Assembly: GCA_016286145.1 (NCBI GenBank)
Contig: JAEESD010000001.1
Location: 1,057 to 65,056 of the forward strand
DNA from: Bacteroidales bacterium
GTDB lineage: Bacteria > Bacteroidota > Bacteroidia > Bacteroidales > UBA932
Direction: 5' to 3'
DNA length: 64,000 nt
Part shown: positions 19,967 to 29,605 of the stretch, piece after piece
Layout: each line of letters starts with the position of its first letter
Position numbering within the stretch: the first letter of the stretch is position 1
Translations under genes and position numbers: made by a program
Notes under the pieces: generated by a model
Databases searched by the model: none
What the model saw: only the letters and a program-made list of their open reading frames with translations
Told to the model about the DNA's origin: nothing

Positions 19967-22900
19967 ATGAAGACATCTATCAAGCTTCTTTCTTTATTGG
20001 CATTACTGTCTTTTGCCGCGGCGTCGTGCGGCCCGGAACCCGCCGTCCCCGACAAACCGCAGTCAAAGGGCGAAATCAAACTTGCGTCCGGCACTAAGGC
20101 GACCGTGGGCCCCGAGGGCGGCAGCGTGAACATCAGCTTCACGGCGAGCGCGGACTGGACGGTCGAACCGTCCAACGACAGAGCGTCGTGGATAGGGATA
20201 AACCCGTCGAGCGGTTCGGCAGGGAGCGCGACGGTGACCGTGAGCGTGGATCCGAACGAAACGCAGGACGAGCGAAGCGCTACCCTGCGAATCAAGTGCG
20301 GAACCGCCTCGACCTCCGTAACGATTACTCAGAAGCAGAAGGACGCGCTCACTCAGACGCCATCCAAAACCCAGTTCGACGCCGAGGGCGGCACTTTCAC
20401 CATTGAGGTCAAGTCGAATATCGATTACAGTTTCACTGTCAGCGTGGGCTGGATACGGCAGCAGACGACGAAGGCGCTGACTACCAAAACGACCACCTTC
20501 ATCGTGGACCCGAACGACGACACCCGCAAGCGCGAAGGGACGGTCACCGTCACGAGCAGCCTTGGGACCGAGACGGTCACCGTTTATCAGGAGGCCGGCA
20601 GTCCGTCGATCGTCCTGTCGTCCGAGAGCGTGTCGGTCGCAAGCGGCGGCGGCAGCTTCACGGTCGACGTGAACACGAACGTGGATGTCACGATGGCGAT
20701 TGCCGCCGGAGCGGAGTGGCTGAGCGAGGTCGAGACCAAGGCCATGAGCACCCATAGCTACACCTTCGAGGCCGCGCCCAACGAGTCGACCGATTCACGC
20801 GAGGGCAGGATCGTGTTTAAAAATGCGGCGAACGGGCTGGAAGCGACAGTGACGGTGACGCAGATGCAAAAAGACGCGATTGTCGTTGCCCAGCCTCTGT
20901 ATGAGATGGGGGCGGACGGCGGTCTGATCAGCATTGATGCGATAACTAACGTCGAGCTTGATGTACAGATTTCGGAGCCTTGGGTACGCCAGATTACGAC
21001 CAAGTCGCTGGAGAAGGTGACCTATGACTTCGAGGTTGAGGCAAATCCCGACTATGATATCCGAGAATGCGTGGTGACTTTCTTGGGAGGAGAAGAAATC
21101 ACTGTTTTCAACCAGCCTAGTCCTTGGAGCATAATCGGGACCATGAACGGCGATGAATGGACTCGTGATCTGGAGATGAAGACCGACGGGAAGTGGCACG
21201 TAGTGTGCGGAGTTACCCTTACGGATTCCGATGAATTCAAGTTCCGCAAAAATAAAGACTGGGGAGAAAACCTCGGGCTGGCATCATTCGGAATCACCTT
21301 GCCCGCCAACGTGAATGCGAACCTTGTTCAAGATGGCGCCAACATCAAGATGGTCGCAGGAACATACGACTTTTATCTTTTACCAGAAAAAAGCCAGGTG
21401 TACATCCTTACCGCAGGAACACCGTTTACCTTTGACGGGTATACGTACACGGGTGGAAGGCTCTCCCAGAAGGTTACTATCAGGCAGGATGGGGCTGACG
21501 GCTTCCTCCCCGATTTCAAGGACCAGTATACTGTCAGTTCTTTATCGCAGAAACTCGAGTTGAGATCCCGTTCCAGCGTGGAAGTGCTGGCGGAATCCAA
21601 GTGTGACTGGATAAGCGTAGTCAGTACTAAGACCCTCTCGAACAGGCCGGTAACCTTGCAGATAGCTGAGAATGCGTCCAGTACTGGCCGCACGGGCGAG
21701 GTGGTGATAAGCGCTCCCACGCTCGGGCTGTCGCGGACAGTGACCATCACCCAGAAAGGCGCCGGAGAGATGTATATTCCTGATGCCGCTTTCTATACCT
21801 GGCTGCTCGGCCAGTTCGATGAAGACGGGAACGGAGAACTATCGAAGGCGGAGTGCGACAAGGTGAATGTTATAGAAATGACTCTGAACGAGATACCGGA
21901 AATAAAATCCGTAAATGGTCTGGAGTATTTCCCCAACCTGGAGTATTTGAGATTTTACTGGACGGCCCAGGGAGGCGGCGCCGACATTGAGGAGATTGAC
22001 TTGTCCGGCAATCCAAAGCTGAAACAGATTTCTTTGAACAGCCTTCCGAAACTCAAAAGTCTTACTGTCGACGCTCCCGATCTTTCGGATATAAATATCA
22101 GAGGCTGCCCGGCCCTGACAGGTATTGATTTATCCAGATTCAAGAAACTTTGGTACCTGTCTCTTTCTGATTGCCCTTGGCTGACAGAGCTGGATTGTTC
22201 TATCCACAAAAATCTCTATTACCTTTCAGTAGAGTCGTGTGAGGCATTGACAAAAATTGTAGTTACCAGCTTGAAACTGCATAATCTGTATATTGGTTAC
22301 TGTAAGTCTCTGCCATACTCTGGAATAATACTTCCTCAGGAATCATTTGATCTAGCGTATCTGAATATTGACACGATTGCTTCGGTCCCCGAGGAGTTTG
22401 ATTTTAGTATGTGTCCGGGAATCAAGCAGATTTCTATCTCAAGTGTGTCGGATTACTGGCAGGTTAAAACCATCTGGCTGATGACAGGAATTACTCCTCC
22501 GGAGTTGTACGGCTTTGCCAGAAATGCCGAAGTACGTTATAAAGGAGAAAATTTGTTGACTCCGATTGAATTCGAAAGCAAGCCTTTCAAGGACCTTATT
22601 CTCCAGTACAACCGCTATTGGGATGTCAACGAGGACGGAGAACTCTCCTCTTACGAATTGAGCAAAATCGATTATCTCCTCCTATTCTCCGACTATTATA
22701 CTTTGAAAGAGACGATTACAACGCTCGAGGATATCGGCCATCTGAAGAATCTGGAGCACTTCGGACTGATAGGTTTCGGCAATAAGGTGACGGCGCCCAT
22801 TCCTGAATCCCTCAAAACGCTCACGAAGCTCGAAAGCTTCAACATTGATGACTGCCGCGTTCAGGGGACTCTTCCCGAGTGGATTGCGGAGATGCCCTCA

Positions 22901-24265
22901 CTCACAGAGCTCTCGCTGTTCAACTGTTATCCCCTTGGCGGGCCGATTCCCGGAAAATTGCTCGTGTCGGAGACGCTCACATATCTCGAGATCAGAGGGT
23001 GTTCCTTTACCGGGTGTACTGTAGTAGTCCCTAAAGACTCATTCCTGGATTATGACAGCAAGTATTATCACCCGAATGGGTTCTTCAGACTGACTCCCCA
23101 ACGCGAGCTGGTAAAAAGAGAAACCCAGGCAGGTGGCGACTACGTGTATGATTTGCCGAATATCCTCTACAAGAGCGATGCGGACGGTACTGGCGCGATT
23201 CACCCGAACGGAGAGGCTGTTCTGTATCACGCCGCCACCAAGGGCCCTGGCCTTGATCTTATCATTACCGGCGACGGTTTCTCTGCGGAGAACAATACAG
23301 TAGGCGGAACGATGGAGACTTACCTTACTGCCTGCGCTGAGCAATTCCTGCATCAGGATCCGTACGACAAGCTTGCCGAGTATTACAATGTCTGGCTCGT
23401 TTATGCCCATTCCAGAACGGAGGGCACCGGAGTGCAAAGCGACATGTGCACTATCTTCGGAACGAGACACACGGATCCAGGCGGAGCCTCCACCGTCACA
23501 GGGCATCATAGCAATATACTGGAATTTGTCAGTTCCGCGATCGGCAAGGATTGCGGCAATGCCGTTATTGCAGTGATCATGAACTCCTCCACTTATGGCG
23601 GAACCTGCTACTGGAGCTATAACTCCTATGACAGGTGGAATTATTCGATTGCATATACTCCAGCTGCGCCGAGCGACTTCCTTCCCACTTTCGTCCACGA
23701 GACCCTTGGACACGGCATCGGCAAACTCGCCGACGAGTATGAAGCGGATTACGCGAACCCGGGATCCAAGCCGTCCAGCTACCCGTACTGGGCAACCGCC
23801 GGACTCGATGCCAATGTGGATAATGTTGCCGACCCCGCGCAGATCCGGTGGCACAATTTCCTTTCCGATCCGAGATATGCCGATGAGGGTCTGGGAGTAT
23901 TCGAGGGGGCAAATTATGCCAATAACGGATGGTACCGGCCTTCGGAAAATTCCGTGATGAGACTCCAATTGGCTCCAAACGGAGACCGCTTCAACGCACC
24001 GTCCAGAGAGGCAATCTACCAGCGGACTATGTTCTGGGTGGGAGGAGAATCTGTCTGGTCCGCTTATAGCGACTGGGCATCCTACGTTGCCGCCACCTAC
24101 AATTACGAAGAGTTCGTCGCTTTCGACAAGGCTCCTTCACCGTATGCCTCCGGCTCTGTTGTCAAGAAGACCCGCCAGACTCCGAAGAAGCTGGTCCTCC
24201 ACGACGGCCGCGTCGTTGAGCGCCAGCTCCCTCCCCGCACACCGCCGGTAATTGTGAAGCAGTAA
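19967..24265 (+). CDS. Large surface lipoprotein: BACON repeats, SusE/F-like module, LRRs, C-terminal M64-type metallopeptidase
   Basis: ASC lipobox; repeated W...N...R...vtQ BACON units; EFKFRKNKDWGENLG; DxDGxGELS before LRRs; IITGDGF, HETLGHGIGKLADEY, FEGA, YRPSENSVMR, FNAPSR. Confidence 0.85.
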   Translation: MKTSIKLLSLLALLSFAAASCGPEPAVPDKPQSKGEIKLASGTKATVGPEGGSVNISFTASADWTVEPSNDRASWIGINPSSGSAGSATVTVSVDPNETQDERSATLRIKCGTASTSVTITQKQKDALTQTPSKTQFDAEGGTFTIEVKSNIDYSFTVSVGWIRQQTTKALTTKTTTFIVDPNDDTRKREGTVTVTSSLGTETVTVYQEAGSPSIVLSSESVSVASGGGSFTVDVNTNVDVTMAIAAGAEWLSEVETKAMSTHSYTFEAAPNESTDSREGRIVFKNAANGLEATVTVTQMQKDAIVVAQPLYEMGADGGLISIDAITNVELDVQISEPWVRQITTKSLEKVTYDFEVEANPDYDIRECVVTFLGGEEITVFNQPSPWSIIGTMNGDEWTRDLEMKTDGKWHVVCGVTLTDSDEFKFRKNKDWGENLGLASFGITLPANVNANLVQDGANIKMVAGTYDFYLLPEKSQVYILTAGTPFTFDGYTYTGGRLSQKVTIRQDGADGFLPDFKDQYTVSSLSQKLELRSRSSVEVLAESKCDWISVVSTKTLSNRPVTLQIAENASSTGRTGEVVISAPTLGLSRTVTITQKGAGEMYIPDAAFYTWLLGQFDEDGNGELSKAECDKVNVIEMTLNEIPEIKSVNGLEYFPNLEYLRFYWTAQGGGADIEEIDLSGNPKLKQISLNSLPKLKSLTVDAPDLSDINIRGCPALTGIDLSRFKKLWYLSLSDCPWLTELDCSIHKNLYYLSVESCEALTKIVVTSLKLHNLYIGYCKSLPYSGIILPQESFDLAYLNIDTIASVPEEFDFSMCPGIKQISISSVSDYWQVKTIWLMTGITPPELYGFARNAEVRYKGENLLTPIEFESKPFKDLILQYNRYWDVNEDGELSSYELSKIDYLLLFSDYYTLKETITTLEDIGHLKNLEHFGLIGFGNKVTAPIPESLKTLTKLESFNIDDCRVQGTLPEWIAEMPSLTELSLFNCYPLGGPIPGKLLVSETLTYLEIRGCSFTGCTVVVPKDSFLDYDSKYYHPNGFFRLTPQRELVKRETQAGGDYVYDLPNILYKSDADGTGAIHPNGEAVLYHAATKGPGLDLIITGDGFSAENNTVGGTMETYLTACAEQFLHQDPYDKLAEYYNVWLVYAHSRTEGTGVQSDMCTIFGTRHTDPGGASTVTGHHSNILEFVSSAIGKDCGNAVIAVIMNSSTYGGTCYWSYNSYDRWNYSIAYTPAAPSDFLPTFVHETLGHGIGKLADEYEADYANPGSKPSSYPYWATAGLDANVDNVADPAQIRWHNFLSDPRYADEGLGVFEGANYANNGWYRPSENSVMRLQLAPNGDRFNAPSREAIYQRTMFWVGGESVWSAYSDWASYVAATYNYEEFVAFDKAPSPYASGSVVKKTRQTPKKLVLHDGRVVERQLPPRTPPVIVKQ

Positions 24266-24293
24266 CCATATTATACGGAACGCGTTCATTTTT

Positions 24294-24328
24294 GTGCGTA
24301 CCCTCGGCATTTTTGCCGGGGGTATGTG
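24294..24328. terminator. Probable terminator hairpin
   Basis: taccctcggca ttt tgccgggggta. Confidence 0.5.
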
Positions 24329-24401
24329 TGTTTTCTATACTTTAGGATAGTGTTTTTGGGAAAATAAAGGCCGAATTTTGTAGTCGTTAAAACCCAAAGC
24401 A

Positions 24402-24515
24402 ATGGAAAAGTACGAAACTCCCGAATGCGTTGTTGTTCCTATAGTAATGGAGGCAACCGTAATGACCCTTTCGAACGGGGCGACTAATGAAGATTATATC
24501 CCTGATGCAATTTAG
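24402..24515 (+). CDS. 37-aa micro-protein MEKYETPECVVVPIVMEATVMTLSNGATNEDYIPDAI
   Basis: Below the ORF-track cutoff; A-rich leader; YxxP...E....S pattern; ends 6 nt before the next ATG. Confidence 0.65.
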   Translation: MEKYETPECVVVPIVMEATVMTLSNGATNEDYIPDAI

Positions 24516-24521
24516 ACGGTT

Positions 24522-25523
24522 ATGAAGAAAAGAGTTTTTTGTGTTTTGGTGTCCCTGGTTGTTCTGACCTGGGGATGTACTAATGAGCCCGAACAAGTTG
24601 TTGAGCAGGAGCCTAGCGCAGTTGAGGTTGTCGAAGAGCCTACTGTAACATTGGAATTCACCGCCGGTTTTGAGGGCACCAAGACGGCCCTCGATGATAC
24701 TCACGTCCTCTGGGAAGCGGGAGATCAGATTGTTCTGTTCCCGATGAAGTATACGTATACTGATCCGGATTTTGCGGATGATGATACCTGGACGGCTTGG
24801 TATAATGATACAGGTAAAACGACTTTCAGAGCGAGCGCAACGACTTCCTTTGGATTCGGGATTTTGTCCGACGCCCTGACTGTTGGAGGGTCCAACGCTA
24901 CCTTTACGTTTACAGTCAGCGCGGCTGATGCCGAGAAGATAGCGGCGGCTGATTATTTTGTTGCTTTCGTTCATATCCCGGAAACCACAGTGTCTAACTA
25001 TGCCTTCAACGATGACCGCAAATTCAAGAATACGTCAACTATTTATGCGTCTTCATTTTACTATCCGTTTGAATACAGCCAGTCTGCTGCGTTCCATCAT
25101 CTGGCTTATGCAAAGAATAGCGGAGGAACATCCCTGTCTTTCAAGAACCTACACCCTGTCCTGAAGTTCACCACCAACAATGCTAACGCAGTGAAGGCGG
25201 TTCTTAAAGACGGGGCAGATGAGGATACTACCATTGCCCGAACCGCCGCAAGCTGCGTCCGCTCCGGCTCGGCATACACGGCATCAAATCCGCAGTCAAG
25301 CGGTGCATCGTCATCGGAAGTCAGCTATATCCAAAAAGTGGTAGTCCCTGGCGAGCCCACCTATATTACCCTGCACTCGTACTACTCCTTCCCTAATGGC
25401 TTCACTATCAAGCTCCTTAATAGCAGCGACGAGGTAATCGCTACTTTTGTGTACGACAGCGCCTTCACTCCGACAGTCGGTCACATCACAACCATCACCA
25501 ACTTCGACGACCGGCTGAACTAA
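24522..25523 (+). CDS. Fimbrillin/type V pilin-like lipoprotein
   Basis: WGC lipobox; FTAGFEGTKTAL...WEAGDQI motif; LSFKNL. Confidence 0.65.
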   Translation: MKKRVFCVLVSLVVLTWGCTNEPEQVVEQEPSAVEVVEEPTVTLEFTAGFEGTKTALDDTHVLWEAGDQIVLFPMKYTYTDPDFADDDTWTAWYNDTGKTTFRASATTSFGFGILSDALTVGGSNATFTFTVSAADAEKIAAADYFVAFVHIPETTVSNYAFNDDRKFKNTSTIYASSFYYPFEYSQSAAFHHLAYAKNSGGTSLSFKNLHPVLKFTTNNANAVKAVLKDGADEDTTIARTAASCVRSGSAYTASNPQSSGASSSEVSYIQKVVVPGEPTYITLHSYYSFPNGFTIKLLNSSDEVIATFVYDSAFTPTVGHITTITNFDDRLN

Positions 25524-25541
25524 TAGGTTACCCTTTGATGT

Positions 25542-25702
25542 GTCACAAAAAAGGGAGACCACATCGGTCTCCCTTTCTTGTGCCCCTAACCGTGGTATTC
25601 TCGAACCTTGTGTTGGAGGGAATTGAGCGGTTGTGGGAGGTGCATGAATTTTTGCCGAATCCAAAGCGTTTTCCTCTTTCAACAGAAGATTCTGTTTCGT
25701 AG
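25542..25702 (+). mobile_element. att-like junction A: hairpin, GTGCCC core, putative recombinase C-terminal fragment
   Basis: aaagggagacc/ggtctcccttt hairpin as next to tRNA-Leu; GTGCCC-N15-TCGAAC; reads VPLTVVFSNLVLEGIERLWEVHEFLPNP...*. Confidence 0.7.
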
Positions 25703-25727
25703 ATTTGTAGAACTAACATATATGGTT

Positions 25728-26570
25728 ATGTCAAACTTGGAACAAATACAACTATTTGGAGAGAAGCAGATAAGAACTGCTTGGAACGATGCCGAGGAAA
25801 AGTGGTATTTCTCTGTTATTGATATTATTGCCGCGCTTGTCGAAACAGATCGCCCCAGAAAGTATTGGTCTGACTTAAAGCGGAAACTTTTAGCGGAAGG
25901 GAGTGAAGTGTCCGAAAAAATCGGACACTTGAAAATGATTGCCCCTGATGGCAAAATGCGTGACACGGATGTTGCCGACCAAGAGCAGCTTTTCCGCCTT
26001 GTCCAATCAATACCATCACCCAAAGTTGAGCCCATAAAATTGTGGATTGCGCGAGTTGCAAGCGAGCGGATTGATGAAATAATAGATCCGGAGATATCCA
26101 TCGACCGGGCCATTGATATGTACCGGCGAAAAGGATACTCGGAGGAGTGGATCAATCAACGGCTTCAGGGAAAGAAGGAACGGAAAAAACTTACTGATGA
26201 GTGGAAGCGTGTGGGCGTGAAAGAAAAGCAATATGCAATCCTAACTAATGCTATTTATGAAGTCTGGTCAGGCATGACAGCGAAGGAGTATAAACATCTC
26301 AAAGGTTTGAAAAAAGAGAACCTTCGAGACAATATGACTGATACGGAAAGCGCTCTTACTACCTTGGCCGAGGTGGCAACCAGAGAGATTTCGAAGAATG
26401 AAGACCCGGAGACAATTGCTCATAGCATCAACATCGCCCGCAGGGGAGGTGGTGTTGCCAAAGTTGCTCGAGAAGCCTTAGAAGACCAGCTTGGCAAAAG
26501 CATCATTTCCTCAGAGAACGCAAAGACTCTGAACCCCACAGAAACGCCAAAAGAGATAGAAGAGCAATAA
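25728..26570 (+). CDS. BRO-N domain (phage antirepressor-like) protein
   Basis: IRTAW...WYFSVIDII...RKYWSDLK...DGKMR...RLVQSIPSPK; KGLKKENLRDNM. Confidence 0.85.
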   Translation: MSNLEQIQLFGEKQIRTAWNDAEEKWYFSVIDIIAALVETDRPRKYWSDLKRKLLAEGSEVSEKIGHLKMIAPDGKMRDTDVADQEQLFRLVQSIPSPKVEPIKLWIARVASERIDEIIDPEISIDRAIDMYRRKGYSEEWINQRLQGKKERKKLTDEWKRVGVKEKQYAILTNAIYEVWSGMTAKEYKHLKGLKKENLRDNMTDTESALTTLAEVATREISKNEDPETIAHSINIARRGGGVAKVAREALEDQLGKSIISSENAKTLNPTETPKEIEEQ

Positions 26571-26648
26571 CCAATTATATCATTTCTATATGGTTGAGAT
26601 AAAGAGCCGCAAATAGCCCAAACAAAGTCAACTTTTACGAGGTTTTTT

Positions 26649-27296
26649 ATGGGACAGCATGATTGGTATAGGAACAAGGAATGGAGCGATGATATAGAGC
26701 TCGCATTCAGAGCAAGGTTGAGCAGGTCCAGGGATCTGTACAATAAGACTCAATATCTTAGGATACAGGCGAGCTATCTTCTTTCTTCAATTGACCCGAT
26801 AACGCAATCTGTGGGGGTAACTATGATGAATGAGGTGATTTCTAGTTTTCCGGAAGTTGATGGGGTCATCGCAAATAAATTTGATGCTTTAGTTGAATTA
26901 GGCGATTATTACTATAACAAGAGTGCTTGGGAGGAATCCTTTTCGTTTTATCAAAAAGCCATAGAATATGATCAGACAAAAACCCACAACCAAGACCATG
27001 CTCATCGCGGTTATATCAAGTCCGCTGTCTTGTCAAAGCACAAAGAAGCCTATCCTATTGGAACGCTGTTCATAGAAAGCGTAAAAGAAGGCGATTTATT
27101 TCTTGTTTCTGAGTATTACGAGCACTCTCTTGCGGCTGCTATGTTATATAATGAGTTGGGCCAGCATGAAATGGCAAAGAGATATGCTGATTCTGCATTA
27201 GAAGCATTAAATCTCAAATCCCCTTTTCACGAAAAAGATAAGGCATACGCCTCAGACCGAGAGATTGCCTACCTGCAGAGATATTCCCGGCAATGA
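26649..27296 (+). CDS. Hypothetical TPR-like protein
   Basis: AT-rich ORF; LGDYYY...FYQKAIE TPR-like helices. Confidence 0.7.
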   Translation: MGQHDWYRNKEWSDDIELAFRARLSRSRDLYNKTQYLRIQASYLLSSIDPITQSVGVTMMNEVISSFPEVDGVIANKFDALVELGDYYYNKSAWEESFSFYQKAIEYDQTKTHNQDHAHRGYIKSAVLSKHKEAYPIGTLFIESVKEGDLFLVSEYYEHSLAAAMLYNELGQHEMAKRYADSALEALNLKSPFHEKDKAYASDREIAYLQRYSRQ

Positions 27297-27345
27297 CCTG
27301 TCGTGTTTTTCGCTATTTTCTCTACAGGGTTCGGTCTATTTTTTC

Positions 27346-27498
27346 GTGCCCGTAGTTGAGGTATTATCGAACTCTCTTTTGGCTGACTTGGAGAAAATTT
27401 GGGCGTTGAGGGAGTGGATTCCTAACCCAATTTTTCGCGAGCACGGCGGAGGGTTGTCCGTTTGTCTGGATTCGATATTATTCGAACGAGTTGGATAA
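27346..27498 (+). mobile_element. att-like junction B with a diverged putative recombinase C-terminal fragment
   Basis: GTGCCC-N15-TCGAAC; reads VPVVEVLSNSLLADLEKIWALREWIPNP, homologous to the junction A peptide. Confidence 0.65.
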
Positions 27499-27561
27499 GT
27501 ATATGAATTTTGCAAAAGTGAATATTATTTTTTACAATTGCGATAACCAATCCATAATACA

Positions 27562-27996
27562 ATGAAAAAGGTAGCATACATATTGACAGGGCTGTTCTGC
27601 TTATGCTTGAGCGGCTGCGCTGGGCTGCTGGATGGCTCGACCCCGTATCCGTTGGAAGGAGAATGGGGAATGATGTCCGGTGGAATTGAAAGATATGGGA
27701 AATTCGAAGAGATCGATGTGATAGCCGGAGGGTCTAAGACTATAACATTCCTTTCGGATGGCACTTTTACCGAAACCTGCAAATCGCTCGTGGCTAAGGG
27801 AACATATGAGGTGAAAGCCGGTTCGGTCATCAAGTACAAATACACATCCATACCCGAAGGTGGACCGGAGTACTTCGCCATCCACGAATCTGGAGAATGG
27901 ATATACCAATTCTGGGCGTCCGATTCCATGACTTTGTATGATTACGCCTCTCCGGCCTTGGAAGTCTCAATGACTTTCGCGAGAGTATTCGATTAA
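27562..27996 (+). CDS. Lipocalin-like lipoprotein
   Basis: LSGC lipobox; LEGEW; ITFLSDGTF; GTY. Confidence 0.7.
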   Translation: MKKVAYILTGLFCLCLSGCAGLLDGSTPYPLEGEWGMMSGGIERYGKFEEIDVIAGGSKTITFLSDGTFTETCKSLVAKGTYEVKAGSVIKYKYTSIPEGGPEYFAIHESGEWIYQFWASDSMTLYDYASPALEVSMTFARVFD

Positions 27997-28032
27997 ACAA
28001 GAAAGGGAGACCAATACGGTCTCCCTTTCTTG
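27997..28032 (-). terminator. Hairpin/terminator downstream of tRNA-Leu copy 1
   Basis: caagaaagggagacc aatac ggtctccctttcttg. Confidence 0.7.
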
Positions 28033-28117
28033 TGCCCAAAGCCGGGATCGAACCGGCACGTCTTTAAGGGACACTGGATTTTGAGTCCAGCGCGTCTACC
28101 AATCCCGCCATTCGGGC
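28033..28117 (-). tRNA. tRNA-Leu(CAA), copy 1 (A14G variant)
   Basis: GCCCGAA/TTTGGGC acceptor stem, CTGGA-CTCAAAA-TCCAG anticodon arm, GGTTCGATCCC; D-arm GGCGGGATTGG. Confidence 0.85.
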
Positions 28118-28200
28118 TCACTTGCAGGGGCAAAGGTAGCGCAAAAACTCGTCGCTAACCTGCGGAATTTCCCGCAGGTTAGGGTGAAGATTACTGATTT

Positions 28201-29349
28201 TTATGAAATAGATTCCAGGAGAATCAACCCCTTTGGAGTTAGAAGGTATTTTTGACGGGGGTGATGTGGCTTGTCGGGGTAAAGGGCCTGGACAAAATGC
28301 TCCGCCATGGAGGGCCTTAATGAATAATCGAGGAAATTTTCCCGATCCTTAAGCCCTATTGATGCCATGATTTCTCTAACAGACAGCTGATTCTGCCCAA
28401 TTGCCCTCACTATTCTAATAATGTTTGGATTGTTCGTCTCAATAAGACTTGTCGGGGTACTTGTCGGGGTGCTTGTCGGGGTGGTGAGATTCGGTTGTTC
28501 GCTCCATTCCGGAGTAGGGTGGATATGAAGATACCGATTGCGCAGGTCCCACCTCTCGCCCAGAATAAGATTGCGGAAGAACCGTTCTAGATAAACGGGA
28601 GAGTAATCGATACCCTTGACCAGATTCTTGTAATTAGCACGGACCAGAGCGTTGCGGAAATACCAGGAGTTTCTTGCAAACAAATCATTATCGATATTGA
28701 ATCCCACAGAACGAAGATACTGGATAGTGAAGACAGCCGTAGTGCGCGTATTGCCTTCTCCGAATGCATGAATCTGCCAAATGCCGGAAACGAACCGGCT
28801 TATATGCACAATCATCTCGTCCCTGGAGAGGCCCTTATAACTGAATTGGCGTTCCTGCTCTATATCATACTCGAGGGCGCGGCGCAAGTCTTCCCAGTTG
28901 AGGTAGCTCACGGAATCTCCTTCCAGAACCCACTCCTTCTTTGAGATGTTATAGTCGCGAACCCGGCCGGCATCGGAAAAGACCCCGTCAAAAATCCTGC
29001 GATGCAGGGAGATGAAGCCATTCGCGCTGAAGTCGAGCGTATCCGACGAGAGAATATGAGCGATATTTCCGGAAACGTTGTCCGCCTCTTCCTTGTCATC
29101 GTCTCCGGCGTCGCGTGCGGCTTTTGTGGTGTAGTACTGTTTTACGAGTTTGCGGGCCTCATCCAGAGTTATTTCGCCTTCGATATTCCGAAGTGCGGTT
29201 TTCTGAAGATATTCAGATGTCTGCAATCCGTCGACTGCCTGAAGGCCGATAGCTGTTCTCCAGGATTGGGCAAGCTCCTTCTGTCCGGCCTCACCCTGAC
29301 GGATGTACTGGTCGAAATCCAGATAAAGCTGTTTGTACTCTTTTTCCAT
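28201..29349 (-). CDS. Fic-family protein with an N-terminal VbhA-like segment and a C-terminal HTH-like domain
   Basis: HAFGEGNTRTT Fic-like motif; AIGLQAVDGL; C-terminal PDKPHHPRQKYLLT. Confidence 0.85.
   Translation of the reverse strand: MEKEYKQLYLDFDQYIRQGEAGQKELAQSWRTAIGLQAVDGLQTSEYLQKTALRNIEGEITLDEARKLVKQYYTTKAARDAGDDDKEEADNVSGNIAHILSSDTLDFSANGFISLHRRIFDGVFSDAGRVRDYNISKKEWVLEGDSVSYLNWEDLRRALEYDIEQERQFSYKGLSRDEMIVHISRFVSGIWQIHAFGEGNTRTTAVFTIQYLRSVGFNIDNDLFARNSWYFRNALVRANYKNLVKGIDYSPVYLERFFRNLILGERWDLRNRYLHIHPTPEWSEQPNLTTPTSTPTSTPTSLIETNNPNIIRIVRAIGQNQLSVREIMASIGLKDRENFLDYSLRPSMAEHFVQALYPDKPHHPRQKYLLTPKGLILLESIS
28447..28482. repeat. 3 x 12-bp in-frame tandem repeat (TPTS linker of the Fic protein)
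   Basis: (a/g)cttgtcggggt x3. Confidence 0.85.
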
Positions 29350-29387
29350 ATCCTGATACCTTCAATACACAAATATAATAAAAATAC

Positions 29388-29489
29388 GCGACGGGCACGA
29401 GAAAAGGGAGACCATTTCGGCCTCCCTTTCTCGCGCCTCTAACCGTGGTATTCTTGAACCTTTTGTTGGAGGGAATTGAGCGGTTGTGG
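29388..29489 (+). mobile_element. att-like junction C (decayed copy of junction A)
   Basis: Hairpin plus GCGCCT-ctaaccgtggtattc-TTGAACC...gggaattgagcggttgtgg, nearly identical to about 25550-25636. Confidence 0.75.
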
Positions 29490-29605
29490 AGACAGATCGT
29501 CCTAGAAAGTATTGGTCTGACTTAAAGCGGATACTTTTAGCGGAAGGAAGTGAAGTGTCCGAAAAAATCGGACAACTGATAATGAAGTCTGCGGATGGGA
29601 AGATG
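29488..29605 (+). pseudogene. Internal fragment of a BRO-N gene
   Basis: ETDRPRKYWSDLKRILLAEGSEVSEKIGQLIMKSADGKM matches residues encoded at about 25842-25959. Confidence 0.85.

Noticed and set aside
24402-24515. Lasso peptide or other RiPP precursor
   Set aside because: YxxP is present, but no cyclase, leader peptidase, RRE or radical SAM gene is in the window.
25728-29349. Prophage
   Set aside because: BRO-N and Fic genes only; no structural, replication or integrase genes.
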